From NCBI RefSeq assembly GCF_009914755.1, contig NC_060940.1: a DNA stretch of 64,000 nt, one strand, 5' to 3'. The notes beneath the pieces are model-generated. The model searched no databases. It was not told the DNA's origin and saw nothing but the letters and a program-made list of their open reading frames with translations. The stretch is from the human T2T-CHM13v2.0 reference genome, Homo sapiens. The stretch's first letter is position 1; every line of letters begins with the position of its first letter. Shown here piece after piece: positions 33,900 to 49,800 of this stretch. The position numbers and the translations under genes are program-made.

Positions 33900-34990
33900 T
33901 GTTTTGTCTGGGCCCCAGAATGGGGGGCACCCCATGGGAGTCAGGAAATTCCAGATGGGGAGGGAGAAGCAAACAGGGAGGAGGCTGAGCGAGAGAAACA
34001 GAGAGAGGCTCTGGGGACAGTAGGGAGGAGACGGGTCGTGTCCGAGACTGAGTGGGGAGACAGAATGGGCCAGAAAAGAGGTTAAAGGTGAGAGTGGGCA
34101 ACAGGACTGCTTCTCGGCACAGGCACGGGGCAGGGAACTTTGCTGAAACTGAAGGGCCCAGTGAACAGTGTGGGCAGGGTGGGAGGGAATGGAGAGGACC
34201 AGGCAGACCCCAAGGTCAATTTGGAGGAAGGAACATTTCCCGGTTCCTTCGCCTCTGCCCAGCGTTCTGCGGGCATGGTTCCCCCAGGGGCAGGGCACGG
34301 GAGGAGGCGGCTCCCGGCGGGCTCGGAGAGCTGAGGGGCGCACACCCGCTTCGCAGGGCCGGGGTGACGGTGGAAGCAAGCGACGGCTGCGGATGCCGCT
34401 GGCCGGGTGGGTAGGTGCTGGGGCCTTAAGCTGGGCGGAGCTCAAAGGGCCCAGCGCTGGGGCCTGCAGGTGGCCCTGGAGGAATCCACCCGCCCGTGCC
34501 TTCTGGGAGAGCAGTGTGGATGGCGCCGTGGACACGCCCTTCCTAGCTGGAACATTTGTGAGGCTGGAATTTAAGCTCGGGCAGACAAGCGCCAGAAGAA
34601 GGAATGGATGAAACCCCAGTGCAAAGTCCAGCCCAAGGTGAGGAAGCGGAAATGCCTGGCCTGCGTCAAACTGGGCTCCGAGGATAAGGTTCTGGGCCGG
34701 ATGGATGACTGCCTTACAGAGACGCAGGCTTGGCGGGAGTCTGAGGAGCACCAGGAGACCCAGTGCAGCCGGGCGGAGTGGGCGGTGAGGATACCACAGC
34801 TACTGCTTCCCTGCACAGTTCGCCTTCTCCAAGGCCCGGACCTCAGCTGAGCCCAGCACTGAATTGCATGGCGCCTCCTGGACCACTGCCGGGGGTGTCC
34901 AGTGGAAGACCCCACTTCCCAGAGAGAGAACCCCACTATATCCCCAGCAAATAAAGCTGCTCCCTAACCAAAATAAATAAATAAATAAAA
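33900..34990 (+). pseudogene. RARRES2P: RARRES2 (chemerin) retro-pseudogene with a GC-rich 5' extension
   Basis: Encodes AVDTPFLAGTFVRLEFKL.QTS and RKRKCLACVKLGSEDKVLGR...EEHQETQC. The start ATG is mutated to AAG (34378-34380), there are frameshifts, no coding introns, AATAAA at ~34949 and an A-rich tail. Confidence 0.93.
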
Positions 34991-35429
34991 TCATTTTGGT
35001 CTTTGAAAATAATGTATACCCTCTGTTTACTGGTAAACGTGCTGCTCATGTATCTGTATGCCTAATTAGTTAAACTTTTTAATGAAGTTATTTAACATTT
35101 ATGATTCTTTATTATGATACAAAACAGTAAATTTTATAATGGTTTTAATATCATCTAATATAATTGAAAAAATGTCAATTTGTCATTGCCCATGAATCTT
35201 TGTGTTATTTATTTTACACTGTCAGATATTCTGTCTACAAATATCTAATGGCTTAGAATCTTGCCTAACATATTGTATGTGCTAAGTACTAACTACTCTA
35301 ATTCATCAAATTATCTTTTCACACCATTCTTAAAATACAATATTATTTTTATTTATTTTTATTAAAATTATTTTTCTGCTTAAATATTTATGAAAATTAT
35401 GAGGGCTATTCAGTCTGCCCTCTTGATGA

Positions 35430-37320
35430 AAGTTTGTTTTTCTCTTTATTAATACGTTAGAGGGTACAAATGCAGTTTCATCACATGGACATGTTGCATA
35501 GTGATGAAGTATGAACTTTTGGTGTAACAATCATCTGAACGGTGCTCATCGTCCCAATTAGGTATTTTCTCATTCCTAACCCCTCTACCAACCTCCCATC
35601 TTTCTCAGTCTTCAGCGTCTATTTTTCCAGCCTCTATATCCAAGTGTATGCATTATTGAGCTCCCACTTAGAAGTAAGAAAGTGCAGTACTTGATTTTCT
35701 GTTTTTGATTTATTTCACTTACAATCACGGCCTCCGATTCCATTCATGTTGCTGCAAAAAAAATGTTTTTATTCTTTATGGCTGAATAGTATTCCATAAA
35801 TGTATAAATGTATAGCACATTTTCTTTATTCAATCATTGATTGATAAATTTAAATTGACTCCATATCCTTGCTATTGTGAATAGTGCTGCAATAAACATA
35901 TGAGTATGGGTATCTTCTTTAATTAATAAATTATTTTCCTTTGGATAGATACCCAGTAGAGGGAGTGCTGAATCAAATGGAAGTTCTATTTTTAGTTTTT
36001 TAAGAAATCCCCATACTGTTTTCCATCGAGGTTGTAGAAATTTACATTCGCACAAACAATGTATAAGTGTTCCCTTTTCTCTGTATCCTTGCCAATATCT
36101 TTCATTTTTTTGCTTTTTAATAGTTAACCATTATGAATGGTGTAAAATGGTATTTCATTGTGGTTTTTAATTGGCATTTCTTTGATCATTGGCAACGTTG
36201 AACATTTTTTACATGCTTGTTGGCTATCATTGTCTTCTTTTTGAAAAATCTGTTCCCATACTTTGCCTGCTTTTTAATGAGGGTACTTGTTTTATTCTTG
36301 TTGAGTTGTTTGATTTCCTTGTATATTTTGCACATTAGTTCTTTGTCACGTGCATAGTTCACAAACAGTTTTCTTATCCCATAAGTTGTCTGCTCACATG
36401 TTAATTAAAAGCTCCTTTTCAGGAGCTTTTTAGTTTAATTAAGTTCCATTTGTCTATTTTTCTTATTGTTGCATCTGGTTTTGAAATCTTAGTCATGAAT
36501 TCTTTGTCCAGGGCAATGTCCAGAAGAGTTTATCATAGGGTTTCTTCTAGAATTTTTATCATTTTAGGTCTTCATTTTAGTCTTTTAATCCATATTGAGT
36601 TGGTTTTTGTATATGGTGAGAGTGACAGGTCCCATTTTGTACTTCTGCATATGGCAATATAATTTTTCCAGCGCAATTTGTTGAATAGGATGTCATTTTC
36701 CCAGTGTATATTTTTGCTGACTTTGTAAAAGATCAGTTTTGTGTAGGTTTGTGGCTTTATTTCTAGGTTCTCTATTCTGTTCCTTTGATCTATGCATCTA
36801 TTTATATCAGTACCATGCCGTTTTGGTTATTAAAGCCTTCTAGTATATGATTCTATACGAATTTAATTTTTTTCTAATTCTATGCTAAATAACATTGGCA
36901 TTTTGGTAGGAACTGCGTTTAATATGTAGATTATTTGGGGAAGTATGGTCATTTTAATGATAATAATTCTTACAATCCATGAGCATAGGATGTTTTCCTC
37001 ATTTGTTTGTGTCATGTACAGTTTATTTCATCAACGTTTTGTAGTTTTCCTTGTGGATATCTTTAGCCTATATGATAAATTGTATTTCTAGTTATTTCAC
37101 CTTTTTTCCAGCTATTGTAAAAGGAATTGACTTTTTAATTTGGTTCTCAGCTTGTTCATTATTAGTGTATAAAAATGCTACTAATTTTTGTACATTGATT
37201 TTTATATCCTGAAACGTTATTAAATTCTTTTATGAAATCTAAAAGTTTTTTGGTGGTCTTTAGATTTTTCTAGATATAATAGTATCTAATCATCAAACAG
37301 GGACAATTTGACTTCCTAGT
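35430..37320 (-). mobile_element. L1PB/L1MA-type 3' ~1.9 kb
   Basis: The minus ORF at 35834-36055 ([18 protein letters not shown]) is the ORF2 C-terminus. Confidence 0.85.
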
Positions 37321-38894
37321 TAAAATCATATGTATTGCCCACCAAGATCAACAGACAAAATCCATGGGGAGGGCACAGGTGATGGTATTTCTTTAAAGTA
37401 GTCATGTCATTATGGTTGGAAGCCTAGACTGAGAGACACTTAGCTAAGAATTGCCTCTCAAGTTTCAATGTACATGTAAATCATTTCCGATTCCAGGCCT
37501 CTCTCTTAGTAATGTGATTGTGCAGGTTTGGAAGGGGTCCATGAATTGACTTCTTTAAAAAGTCTCCTCTTAATGCTGATGTTTCTTCTAGTACATCCAT
37601 TGTGGTGGCACTAGCTAGAGAAAGTAGGCACAGCACACAGAGTTCCTGACACCCAATACTCTTACCACAACATAAATACTTTTGGCCCAAGGTGGAAACC
37701 ACCAATCACCATTCAGAAACGTGTTATTCTCAGCTGGCTCTGTAAAGTTTGCAGAGGCTAGAGAAGATATCAATGTTTGAGTAATTCTGCATTTGGAAAA
37801 CATGTATACATGAGTTAATACAATGTATATTTAGCATGTACTATGTGCTTAGAAGTCTGTTATAGAGCACTGTGCTGGAAACATCATGTGACATGAGTGA
37901 ATCCTCATAGCTCCCTGGGAGTTGGGTGCCAAGTGTTCTGTAATTTCCAGGATTTAAATGAAGGGCCCAGCATTTCCATTTATTCTTTCATTTTTAAAAT
38001 TATTTACCTTAAAAAGAAAATGTGTAGGAAAAAACTATATAGACACATGAAAGGGATAGAGAAAGAAAGGGTGAGCTGTTCAGAGGGATTTTTGGTATTT
38101 ATATTTACTTTCTTGTGCATTGTAGAGCAACTACTGGATCTGCAGAAATAAAAAAAAAAAGAGGTTACTTGGTGGGATATCTGTAGAAGCACTGCCTTCA
38201 ATGAAAAAGAAATTGTGGCCCACAAATAGATAATTATTTGCTCACATTTATCTGCTTTTTATTTTCAGGAAATTGTGGGCACCAGCTCAGGAGAGGCAGC
38301 AGGAGCCACCTCTCAAATTTCTGGTCTCATTTAATTAGTTTTGTGAGAGGAGATTCTAGGGTGAGGCCAGACCTGGATGAGGCCTTGGAAGAGGGTGGAT
38401 CTGAACAGGGATGCAACAGAAAGTGGGCCCCATGCATCTGATGCCTATGCTGGTGGAATATTTCCAGTTCTGTCTTTTCTAATCCTGCCCAAGAGAAACT
38501 TGACTCCTAGAGTTTGTGTAATTTCAATCTATTTAGCCATTTCCCTGTCACTTTTTATAACACACAATAACAAGAAATTTAACCAAAACTTTTAGGGTTT
38601 CTTAGGAATATTATATGAGAAACTCAAAAATGTATTTTTACTAAGCTTAAAGAAATGGAAATAATCACAATAGCAATAATTCTTCTGTCCATGAATAGCC
38701 CTTCAGGAGATGACATCAGAACTCACAACAGCATAGGGAAGTGGAACAAATGTAGCCAAAGTCCCCTGTACACCTCCCTTCTCTCTTCCGACCACAGAAT
38801 GTTGAATTCAATTATTTAGCCATTGGCTCTGGAATGAAAGTATCTGGACAGTAGAAAGCGTGAATCTGTTTCATCTGTTTTTCTAATGGTCATA

Positions 38895-39144
38895 TGATAT
38901 AGTTTAGATGTCCCCTCTAAATCTCATATTGAATTTTAATTCCTAATGTTACAGGTGGGCCTGGTGGGAAGTGGTTGATTCATGGGGATGGATTCCTCAG
39001 GGCTCTGTGCTGCCCTTGTCATAAGAAGTACTCACAAGTTCTAGCGGCTTAAAAGTGAGGCATATCTCTCCCTCATCTTTCCTGTTCCCACTTCTAGCGT
39101 TTATGCCTGCTCCTATTTCATCTTTCACCATGACTGTAAGCTTC
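38895..39144 (+). mobile_element. Truncated MST-type LTR
   Basis: 'tgatatagtttagatgtcccctctaaatctcatattgaatt'; stops at 'catgactgtaagctt'. Confidence 0.7.
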
Positions 39145-39608
39145 TTTATATGTTAATGTTGTTACAAAATTTCACTGAATTTTCTTATAAAATTACCTGA
39201 AAAAATTTTGTGTTATTTTAACATCATAAATATAATAAATAAATATGATATTATGACATCTGATATATTATGATAGCATAATTTGTATATATTATGACAT
39301 CACAATATATTATGATATCATGATTCACATCCATTATGTCACAGTATATCATGACATCACAATATATGTGCAACATCACCATATGTCATGACATCATAAT
39401 TCATGTATTGTGACATCACAATATATTATGAAATCATATTTGTTTACATTGTGACATCACAATATATTCTGACATCATAATTCATAAGCATTGTGACATC
39501 ATATTTTGTGATATAATTCATATGTATTATTATGATAACATATAAAATTTTGTTAGGTAATTTTATAAGAAAATTGAGTTAAATTTTGTAACTACCTTAA
39601 CATATAAA
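39145..39608. repeat. ~41-bp-period AT-rich minisatellite (7 perfect TGACATCA) enclosed by ~72-bp inverted repeats
   Basis: The left arm 39145-39216 is the imperfect reverse complement of the right arm 39535-39608. Confidence 0.9.
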
Positions 39609-40456
39609 CTTAATAGTACCTAAGAATATTATCTCCTCTTGTGTGAATGACTGCTTTATGATATTATACCATAATATATCAAAATGGTTTATATATCAAA
39701 TAAATTTTATATGATAATATGGTATCAATATATAGTGATATTATAAGTTTCATTTAAATCCTATTTAAATTCAGACAATTTTGTTAGGCAGTGTCTGTCT
39801 ACCATCTGATATTTTTTGGGGGTCCACTATTTGCACAGACAGCACACCTGGGAAAACACAGACTCACTCAGCACAGGCTCTTCCTGAATCTTTCCCCTCC
39901 TCAGGCATCAGTTCATCAGTCAACCAAATAACTGGAGAGCAGAGGGCAAGTATTCCCTAACACAGAAGGTCTCATTCCTGCATGCTTTTCTTAGAAGAGG
40001 GAAAAACAAGAAGGTCCTTTTGGGGGACACTTGCTGGGACATACACTAAGCCTTCTATAGTTTGGGAGCCCTAACCAGCAGATACAGACTTCTCAGTAGG
40101 AAGGGATGAGACAGCTGTCCTGAGCCTGGAGCTCCAACATACTTGTCCCATCTCGTTTAGGCAATTTTGAGAGGCTGCTCTGGAATATGTCTTAACGGTA
40201 GATGTTGGGAAATAACCAGGCTTTGATGGGACTCGTGTGGTGTCTGTAGTGTGAAGACAGGAGCTGAATGCTCAGGATCTAGGCTGTTTTTCTTGTGGTC
40301 AGTTGGGTAACCTGTTTGGGACCAAGTCCATTTTCACTAAGGAGACTGAATAAATTCTATAGAACAGAATACAGCTCCCAGGATGACTCAGGAAAGGTGA
40401 GAAACAGGAGAAGCTTCTCTCTCTACCTAGACTTTTTGCTACTTCAAGAATCATGA

Positions 40457-40778
<322 letters not shown>

Positions 40779-40791
40779 TTACCATCAGCTC

Positions 40792-40924
40792 TAATCTAAT
40801 CACATTGATTCTATCATGTTTGATCTAATTATCTTCCCCCATGTTAAGGTAGAATGGGCCATTTTATTTGGTATTTACTTTTTCTCCACATTTTTAACAT
40901 ATATGTATGTATCTAATACAATCA
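40792..40924 (+). promoter_or_regulatory. Cluster of DUX4/double-homeobox-type motifs upstream of the FRG2-like gene
   Basis: TAATCTAATCA at 40792-40802; variants TGATTCTATCA at 40806, TGATCTAATTA at 40821 and TAATACAATCA at 40914. Confidence 0.6.
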
Positions 40925-41060
40925 ACCATAATTTTAATCTGACATTTCTAAGCATTTGAGAAATTATAATGTCTATGTATATTATTTTAACACTATGTAT
41001 AATGCTCTTTCTTTGCAAAATGTATAACACATTTCAATATAGGTGTTGTTATACATAAAA

Positions 41061-41664
41061 TGTTTATTCAGAAACAGAATGCTTGTTCCTCAGTGCCGCA
41101 AGGAAAAATCAGCATTCACACAAAAATTTTTCTCATCAAGGCAATTTTACTTTTTGCAGAAAGAGTACTCCTTGTGGATAGAACAATGGTGAGAGCACAC
41201 TCGAACAAAGGAGAAAAGCAATTTTTATCCTTTATGCAGCTTGTCCCTGCGACTGTGTCCTGTCTCCATTGGCTGGAGCTGGACTTCACAATCTAAGCTA
41301 AACCTGACTAGCTAATAACTTAAAACTCTCCTAAATAGGTAAAGGCAAGGGAGAACAAAGGAAAACAGGAAGTTGCTTGCAAAAAAACTTAGAAAAGTAA
41401 TAATATTTCAAAATAGGGAAGGGGCATAGGCTGTGCGCTATGAAGTCTAAAACAAATATCTTGGTTAAAGTACAAGTACATAGGATGTACTCATACCCTT
41501 ATATCTAACAGCTACATAGGATGGGGCATAACAAAGAGTTATTAGCACAAAGCAAGGAGTCTTGAAGGAAGTTAGTCTTTAAAAGAAACTATTATTTCTA
41601 ACACTTATGAATTATTCTTTAACAAAAAAGGAAACGTTGAAGGGAACCTTTTTTACTTTCTACA
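41061..41664 (-). mobile_element. ERV1 solo LTR, probably LTR10 family
   Basis: The antisense starts 'tgtagaaagtaaaaaaggttccc' and ends '...aaca'; length ~600 bp. Confidence 0.65.
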
Positions 41665-41968
41665 GGTATGTTTAATTCTGCATCTTGAATAATAAGCGGT
41701 ATCATAAATAATTCCAGGTAGGAATTGGGAAATTATTATAAAATGATTCCCTTATCTTCTGATTCCTGTGCCCCTGGCTCTGTTTTTTTGTTTGTTTGTT
41801 TGTTTGTTTTTATTTTTGACACTATGGCAAGACCCAGAAAATGTCTCCCAATAACTGTGTCTAGGTCTCTAATAAAACTACAGCAAGAAACTTTTCTTTT
41901 TGAGGCGCTAATGAGAGCCAGAAAAAGAAAACAGCCAAGAAGAGTAAGCCACACCCAGCTGAGGGACA

Positions 41969-41976
41969 TATAAAAA
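41969..41976 (+). promoter_or_regulatory. TATA box of the FRG2-like gene
   Basis: TATAAAAA about 80 bp upstream of the ATG at 42051. Confidence 0.55.
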
Positions 41977-42048
41977 GGCAGGTCCAGCAGAGTAACTCAC
42001 ACTGTGAATCTGGACGTGAGAGAGAGAGCACCTTTCACTTGAATTTGA

Positions 42049-43771
<1,723 letters not shown>

Positions 43772-44691
43772 TGACAGAACCTGAGCAGTCATAAGAAAGG
43801 AACATGAACAATATACTCAAAATAGTGAACCTTGCATTTTGTAGAGGGCTAAGATTATACACAAATTATACATTTCCTGTTAGACATTTGATGTCTTGGA
43901 TGTTTCATGACAGTCAGGCATTTCTATATAATCAGACAAATATTAAGATGCAATCATTCATATGCCTTTGCATATTTTAAATTGTAGCCAAATAAATATA
44001 AAATTATGTTCTTCTCTTTTAATTCAAAAAAGGTTGTAGCCTCTCACTCTCCCACACTGAATCCATGGAACACGAATATCCACAAACATTTAATAGTACT
44101 CTTCATGGGAAAATGTCAACATATTTTTACAGTTTAATAAAATTATGGTGAAATCACCACACAAGGTGTTTACTAATAATATTTTTACATAAAATTGAAG
44201 TCAAGATATGTTAAATGTAATTGATCATAATTATTTATCCTTCACCTGACTCATATTTGTCTCATTTTAAATTTTCTAAATTTAAACTTTATACAATTCA
44301 GTTGGTCATACTGTATTGTAAGACATTAAAGGTAATATAAATATTGTCATTTATTTTACATATTGTAACATTTTATATTTTTCATCTTGCATTTTACAGT
44401 GAGATTATGAAATCTTTCATCACCTAAATGTATTTTGTTTTGTTCTCTGCTTCATAATTTTCATATACATAATGATATAAACATTAATGTTTTTGAGAAT
44501 ATTCAATTTTAGATGATTTTGTATTTTATCCACACTGAATTTTTATTTACTCCATGTGTGAGTTAGAGGACTTTTTACCTTCACTTCTGCTTTATTTTCA
44601 CCCTGACCCTTCACACCCCACAACTCTTGTTTTAGTCAAAGAACAGTGATTTATCATTCCAGTAAATGGAGCCAATTCAATGAAAATATAC

Positions 44692-45049
44692 AGATATACC
44701 TTGGAGATATATGGCTTTTGCTCTAGACAGGTACTATAAAATAAATATCACAATAATGTGAGTCACACAATTTTTCTTCTTTCCCAGTGCATATAAAAAT
44801 CATGTTTACACTACAATGTAGAATAAGACTGAAATAGCCTATGTTTCTAATAACAAGGTACAAACCTTGACAAAAAATGTACTATATTGCTAAAAAAGGC
44901 TGACACAGATATACACACAAAAAAATCACATGATGCTGGAAAAATAGTGTTAATAGAGTCGCTCAATGTAAGGTTGCAAAACACCTTCAATTTGTAAGAA
45001 ATCCAATATCTATAAAGAACAATAAAGTGCAATAAGACTAGGTACGTCT
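44692..45049 (-). mobile_element. Internally deleted Tigger1-type DNA transposon
   Basis: Both ends are present: 'cagatataccttggagatat' and 'gcaataagactaggtacgtctg'. Confidence 0.65.
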
Positions 45050-45547
45050 GTGTAACAATCAATGTTCACTAGTAATATGCCTAGAAATTATACATAAAGG
45101 ATGTTTGCATACATATAAAAGTAATTGACAACTTACATATTGGATGGGAGATAAAAATTACAAAATGATTTTTAAAGTGAATTAAAGGGTAGACCAAAAC
45201 ATTCCTGAGTGGACAGAATCAGTTAGACATCCTCAGTGACCTCTTCTTGTTGACTTGCAAACAAGCAAAACATAATGTGAGCTAATTTTTTTGTGAATGC
45301 CTGTATTAAAAAAAAAACAGAACTTAAGCTTAAGTTATCAGACGTACCCAAGAAACTTACAGTAATATACATCTATAAAGTAAACCAAAAAATACAATTT
45401 TATAACTGCAACAAATCAAAGAATTTTATTATTTGCTACTTCATTTTTTTCAATGCAATCTTACCTCTGACATTTTGCCATTGAAATGCTAAACCTCTTT
45501 TGCTCTGGTGTTCCACAATTTATAAGTTGCTTCTTACTCAAGAAAAA

Positions 45548-45832
45548 TTTTTTGAAACAGGTTCTTGCTTTGTTGCTCATGTGGAATGTGTACGCAGAAT
45601 CAAAGCTCTGTACAGGTTTACATCCTGAGCAAAAGCCATCCTCCCACCTTAGCCCCATGAGTAGCTGCAACTACAGGCATGCACCACCACACTTGGCTAA
45701 TTTCTTCTTATTTCTATGTAGAGACTGGGTCTTACTATGTTTCCCAGGCTGACTTCAAACTCCTGGGTTCAAGTAATCTCAACTTGGCCTCTCAAAGTGC
45801 TGGAATCACAGATATAAACCACCATTCTCTGC
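45548..45832 (-). mobile_element. Diverged AluJ
   Basis: Antisense Alu motifs. Confidence 0.8.
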
Positions 45833-46274
45833 CAAGAAAACTTTTAAAATTTGCATTGTGCTACAGTTTACTTTTTAACAGGACAAAATAAAATAAACTA
45901 GCTATACATAAATCTAACAAAAATTTGTAAAGCATATGAGAAAGACCATAAAAAGTCCTTGAAATATAAGAAAATCAGCATAAACAAATGGAAAACCACA
46001 TCATGTTCTAAGGTAGAAAATCTCAATATTACTCAATCATCAATTTTTAGAAGTAATTTATATATTTAATTTTGTCCCACTAAAGATACCAACTGGTATT
46101 GGAAGCAGGCTTTTTATTGCAAAACTCATATAGATAAAAACACAAATAAGAACAGCTGAGAAAACTCTGAAAAAGTAGAGTGGCTATGCCACCCTATGAG
46201 ACATGTTGATTTATGAATATATGGATAGCTCAGTGGAAGCACAAATTCAAAAATAAACCACAGTGCATAAGAAA

Positions 46275-46630
46275 GTGCCTTTGTTCAGGCTGCTAAAACA
46301 AAATACACTAGACTCAGTAATCCATAAACAACAGAAATGTTTGATCACTGTTCTGGAGGCTGGAAAGTTCAACATCAAAATACCAGCAAATTCAGTGTCT
46401 GGTGAGGGTCCTGTTTCTCATAAATGGTATTTCTTGCTGTGCCTCACGTGGCAGCCAGGAAAAGTGTGCTCCCTTCAACCTCTATTACAGGGTATTAATT
46501 ACATTTATGAAGATGAAGCCCTCCTGAGTGAGTCACTTCCCAAAAGCCTCCATGTTTTAAAACTAGCATATTAGGGATTAAATTTTTACAAACGAGTTTT
46601 TACAAGTAGACACAAATTCAGGCCATAGCA
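46275..46630 (-). mobile_element. MLT1/MST-type LTR
   Basis: 'ctgttctggaggctggaaagttcaacatcaa' and 'ttcaggccatagca'. Confidence 0.7.
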
Positions 46631-46816
46631 AAAAGTTAATTGGCAGTACAGACTGCAGTTGGGTTGGCACCATTAATGCTTTGAGTTTAGGAATCTGATG
46701 TTTCTATCATAAAGGTAAAAACTAATGTGCTAATTATAACCTGCAATACAATAAAAGTCAAATGAAAGATAAATCTATATGGTATAAAAATCAAGTTTTT
46801 AAAGGTGAATTCTTAC

Positions 46817-49800
46817 AGGTTGTATCCTGGGGATGAATAAGACCCCAGAGATTCCTCCTGTGACTTTTTTACTGAAGTTTCTGACACTCTTACTCAATTT
46901 GAAAGTGTGTAAAAATGTTTTCTGTTTCTGTCTTTAAGAAATTCAAAATAAAGTTGGCTTCCATATGCTTGATCTAAAACAATTATTCATTCAGTGGTGC
47001 TCTGATGAGGAAGGGCACTGAATCTCACACGCCCAGAAGCATCATGTTCTGTCAGATACAGGACTTCTCCTTGAGGCAGAACCTCACCATTCACACATGG
47101 TCAGAGGCTTTCCCAGGCGTGGACTGTTCTGTGCTCTCCCACACAGGCTCAGCCCTGAGCATATGACTCTGTAAGTGACTGATGAATATGTGCCCTAGTA
47201 CTCTAATTTACAGGGATTTTGTTTTCTATTAATGATCTTTTCCAAAGCTCTAGGGTCTTTCCTGAATCCACCTACCACACACAGATAGACTGGTAGATTT
47301 GGACAGAAGCTTGGATCCTCACTCGAAGCCTTGCCTGTCCCACCAGCTTCTCTAGAAGTACAATGTTCAAATTACTCCTGAGAGACAGGACATCAGGGCA
47401 TCTCTCTGTGCCAATAATTGAATAAAAGTGAGAAGAGAAACAGGCAAAAATTTCCACTGAGGGCTGCATCTAAGGATCTAGTTGCCAGACTTATATATCT
47501 TTTTACACAAATATTGACAAATGTAATTTCATCTTAAGATGAAAAACAAAATAAAGAACCACACCTCACAGAGGAATGAGAAAATGAAATCAATGCTCTA
47601 TAGAATCCAGCTTACCTCAGCCATGGGGTGGTAAGTCTCCTTGTCCTCGATCATCAGAAACAACTGTGGCCTCAGACAGCTGGCCACTGAGGATGCAGGA
47701 TGTTCACTGGGATTCCAGGTCTACATCACAGAGAGATGGAATTCCCAGGAGAAGCTGAACCCACAGGTCCTGTTCTACCATTTGGTCTAACTAATACTAC
47801 TCCTATTCCTCCTCCTAGCCCAACAGGATTCGCCAACTCTTCTCTGGGCCTCACTAGGGATAGTTCAGAAAGACAAAAAGTTATTAAAGACCCTCTGTTT
47901 CTGTAGTTTCTGGCATCTAATTTGTTCATTTTTAGGTTTTGGGTTTTTGTCCTCCCTCTACATCCACATAATTTTTGTGTCCTATTCCAGTACCTATAAC
48001 TTTAAGTAGTCATTTTTTTCTAGTCTACTCACCCATACTGTTTTCTAGTCATTTCATTTTTTTCTGGTAGAGTGAGGTGATATAGACACAAGAACTTCTA
48101 TATAAAAATTCACTATAACTAAGTTGAGCACCACAACCCCTCTTTGGGCTGGACGGTCATTCAGAAAATGTAAAAACCAGATTTGCCTGGGGTTGCAGTT
48201 AACTAAATGAAAGATACATCTTGTCCAGGAATGCTCGGTGGGAAATCTCATTTGAAAATGGATGCCTATAGACCTCAGTGATATTCTCTTCAGCTTGGAG
48301 TCAGTCAAGAAAAAGATTTTTGGGTGCTAAGGGAAAAGTTACATTCAATCAACAAATTACCTAGCCAACATGTGTGGACCCAGAGAAAAAAAGGAAGTAA
48401 AATCAAACAGTTTGCCATGTTGACAGATATAATAATTTGATTAAAATGCAAGTGGCCTCAAAACCCTAAAGGTTACATGAATGAGCTTCAAGGGACACAC
48501 GGTGTGGCTGGAGTCAGCTGACTATTATGCTAAAGGTGAGACATGATCAATACCTCAGGAAGTGAGCCAAAGACCAATGCAATTATCATGCCAGGAATGG
48601 TCTGTCACCTTCTAAACCATGAGACAAACAGGTCAACTTTCAGTAAGAAGCACAGGTCTGGCATGCAGTGGTGACCTCTGCATTACGCATGGATTCAGGC
48701 TTGGTTTCTGGCTTAATTGTGGTTAGTATTTTCAGAGAAGAGACACTTTCCACGAACTCCTAAATGAATTACCTGACAAATCAGCAGCTAAAATTCTTTC
48801 TGATTTGAAGCCAAATAAAGGATGTCCTTTACCAAATAGCCTTTAGTTTCAATGTGGAAGATTAAACAGTTAGAACATGGCCAATGATCCGAAACCCTGA
48901 GCTCTTACCATTAAGAGGAGCAACCACCCCTGCTTCAGGTTCTGTGTGGCTGGCACTGAGGTTAGACATCCACAGCCACCCAGTAAGCACCTTAAGGTGG
49001 CAGATTTCTTGACTCATCAGGGAATTAGGGGCAAGCATCTAGAAAACATTCAGTAAATTGAAGACCCCATAAAGCCAGGAGTTTTGCTTTAAACAGTGGA
49101 GTGGGATCTATTAGTTCATTTTAATCCTGCTAATAAAGACATACCTGAGACTGGGCAATTTGCAAAAGAAAGAGTTTTAAAGGACCTACAGTTTTACGTG
49201 CTGGAGAGGCCTTACAATTATGGCAGAAGATGAAATGCATGTCTCACATGGTGGCAGACAAAAGAAGAGAGAATGAGAGTAAAGTAAAGTAAAAAATGGT
49301 TTCTCCTTATAAAACCATCAGATCTCGTGAGACTTATTTATTACCACCAGAACACTATAGGGAAATGTGACCCCATGATTCAATTATCTCCTACTGACCC
49401 CTCCCACAAAACTTGGGAATTACAGGAGCTAAAACTCAAGATGAGATTTGGGTGGAAACACAACCAAACCATATCAAGGAGCATAAAGTTTTCACCAAAG
49501 AACCTAATTTTTCTATTACAGCTAAGAAGTTCCTGTGACAGTCCAATTTTCCTTTAAAATATGTTATATTCTATGTGGCATTCTGATGTCTTGGAGAACT
49601 CAAATTTACTCACTTCAGAATTGGAATATCAAGCTGGGAAGTCCCAAGCCCTTGATGTGTCAGGATTAAGTTTTACAGGAGCTTCAAAGCAAGCTCATCA
49701 ATGACTTTCAAATCAGTGTAAGTAGTGGTGTCAGGAAGACTATGTTTCAAAAACTTTAAGGGGCACCTCTATGTGGAGGCTGACTCCCTCTCTCAGAGGG

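Noticed and set aside
33825-34751. 308-aa minus-strand ORF, the longest in the window
   Set aside because: It is the antisense of the GC-rich RARRES2 retrocopy; the lack of stops is explained by base composition and no domain is recognisable.
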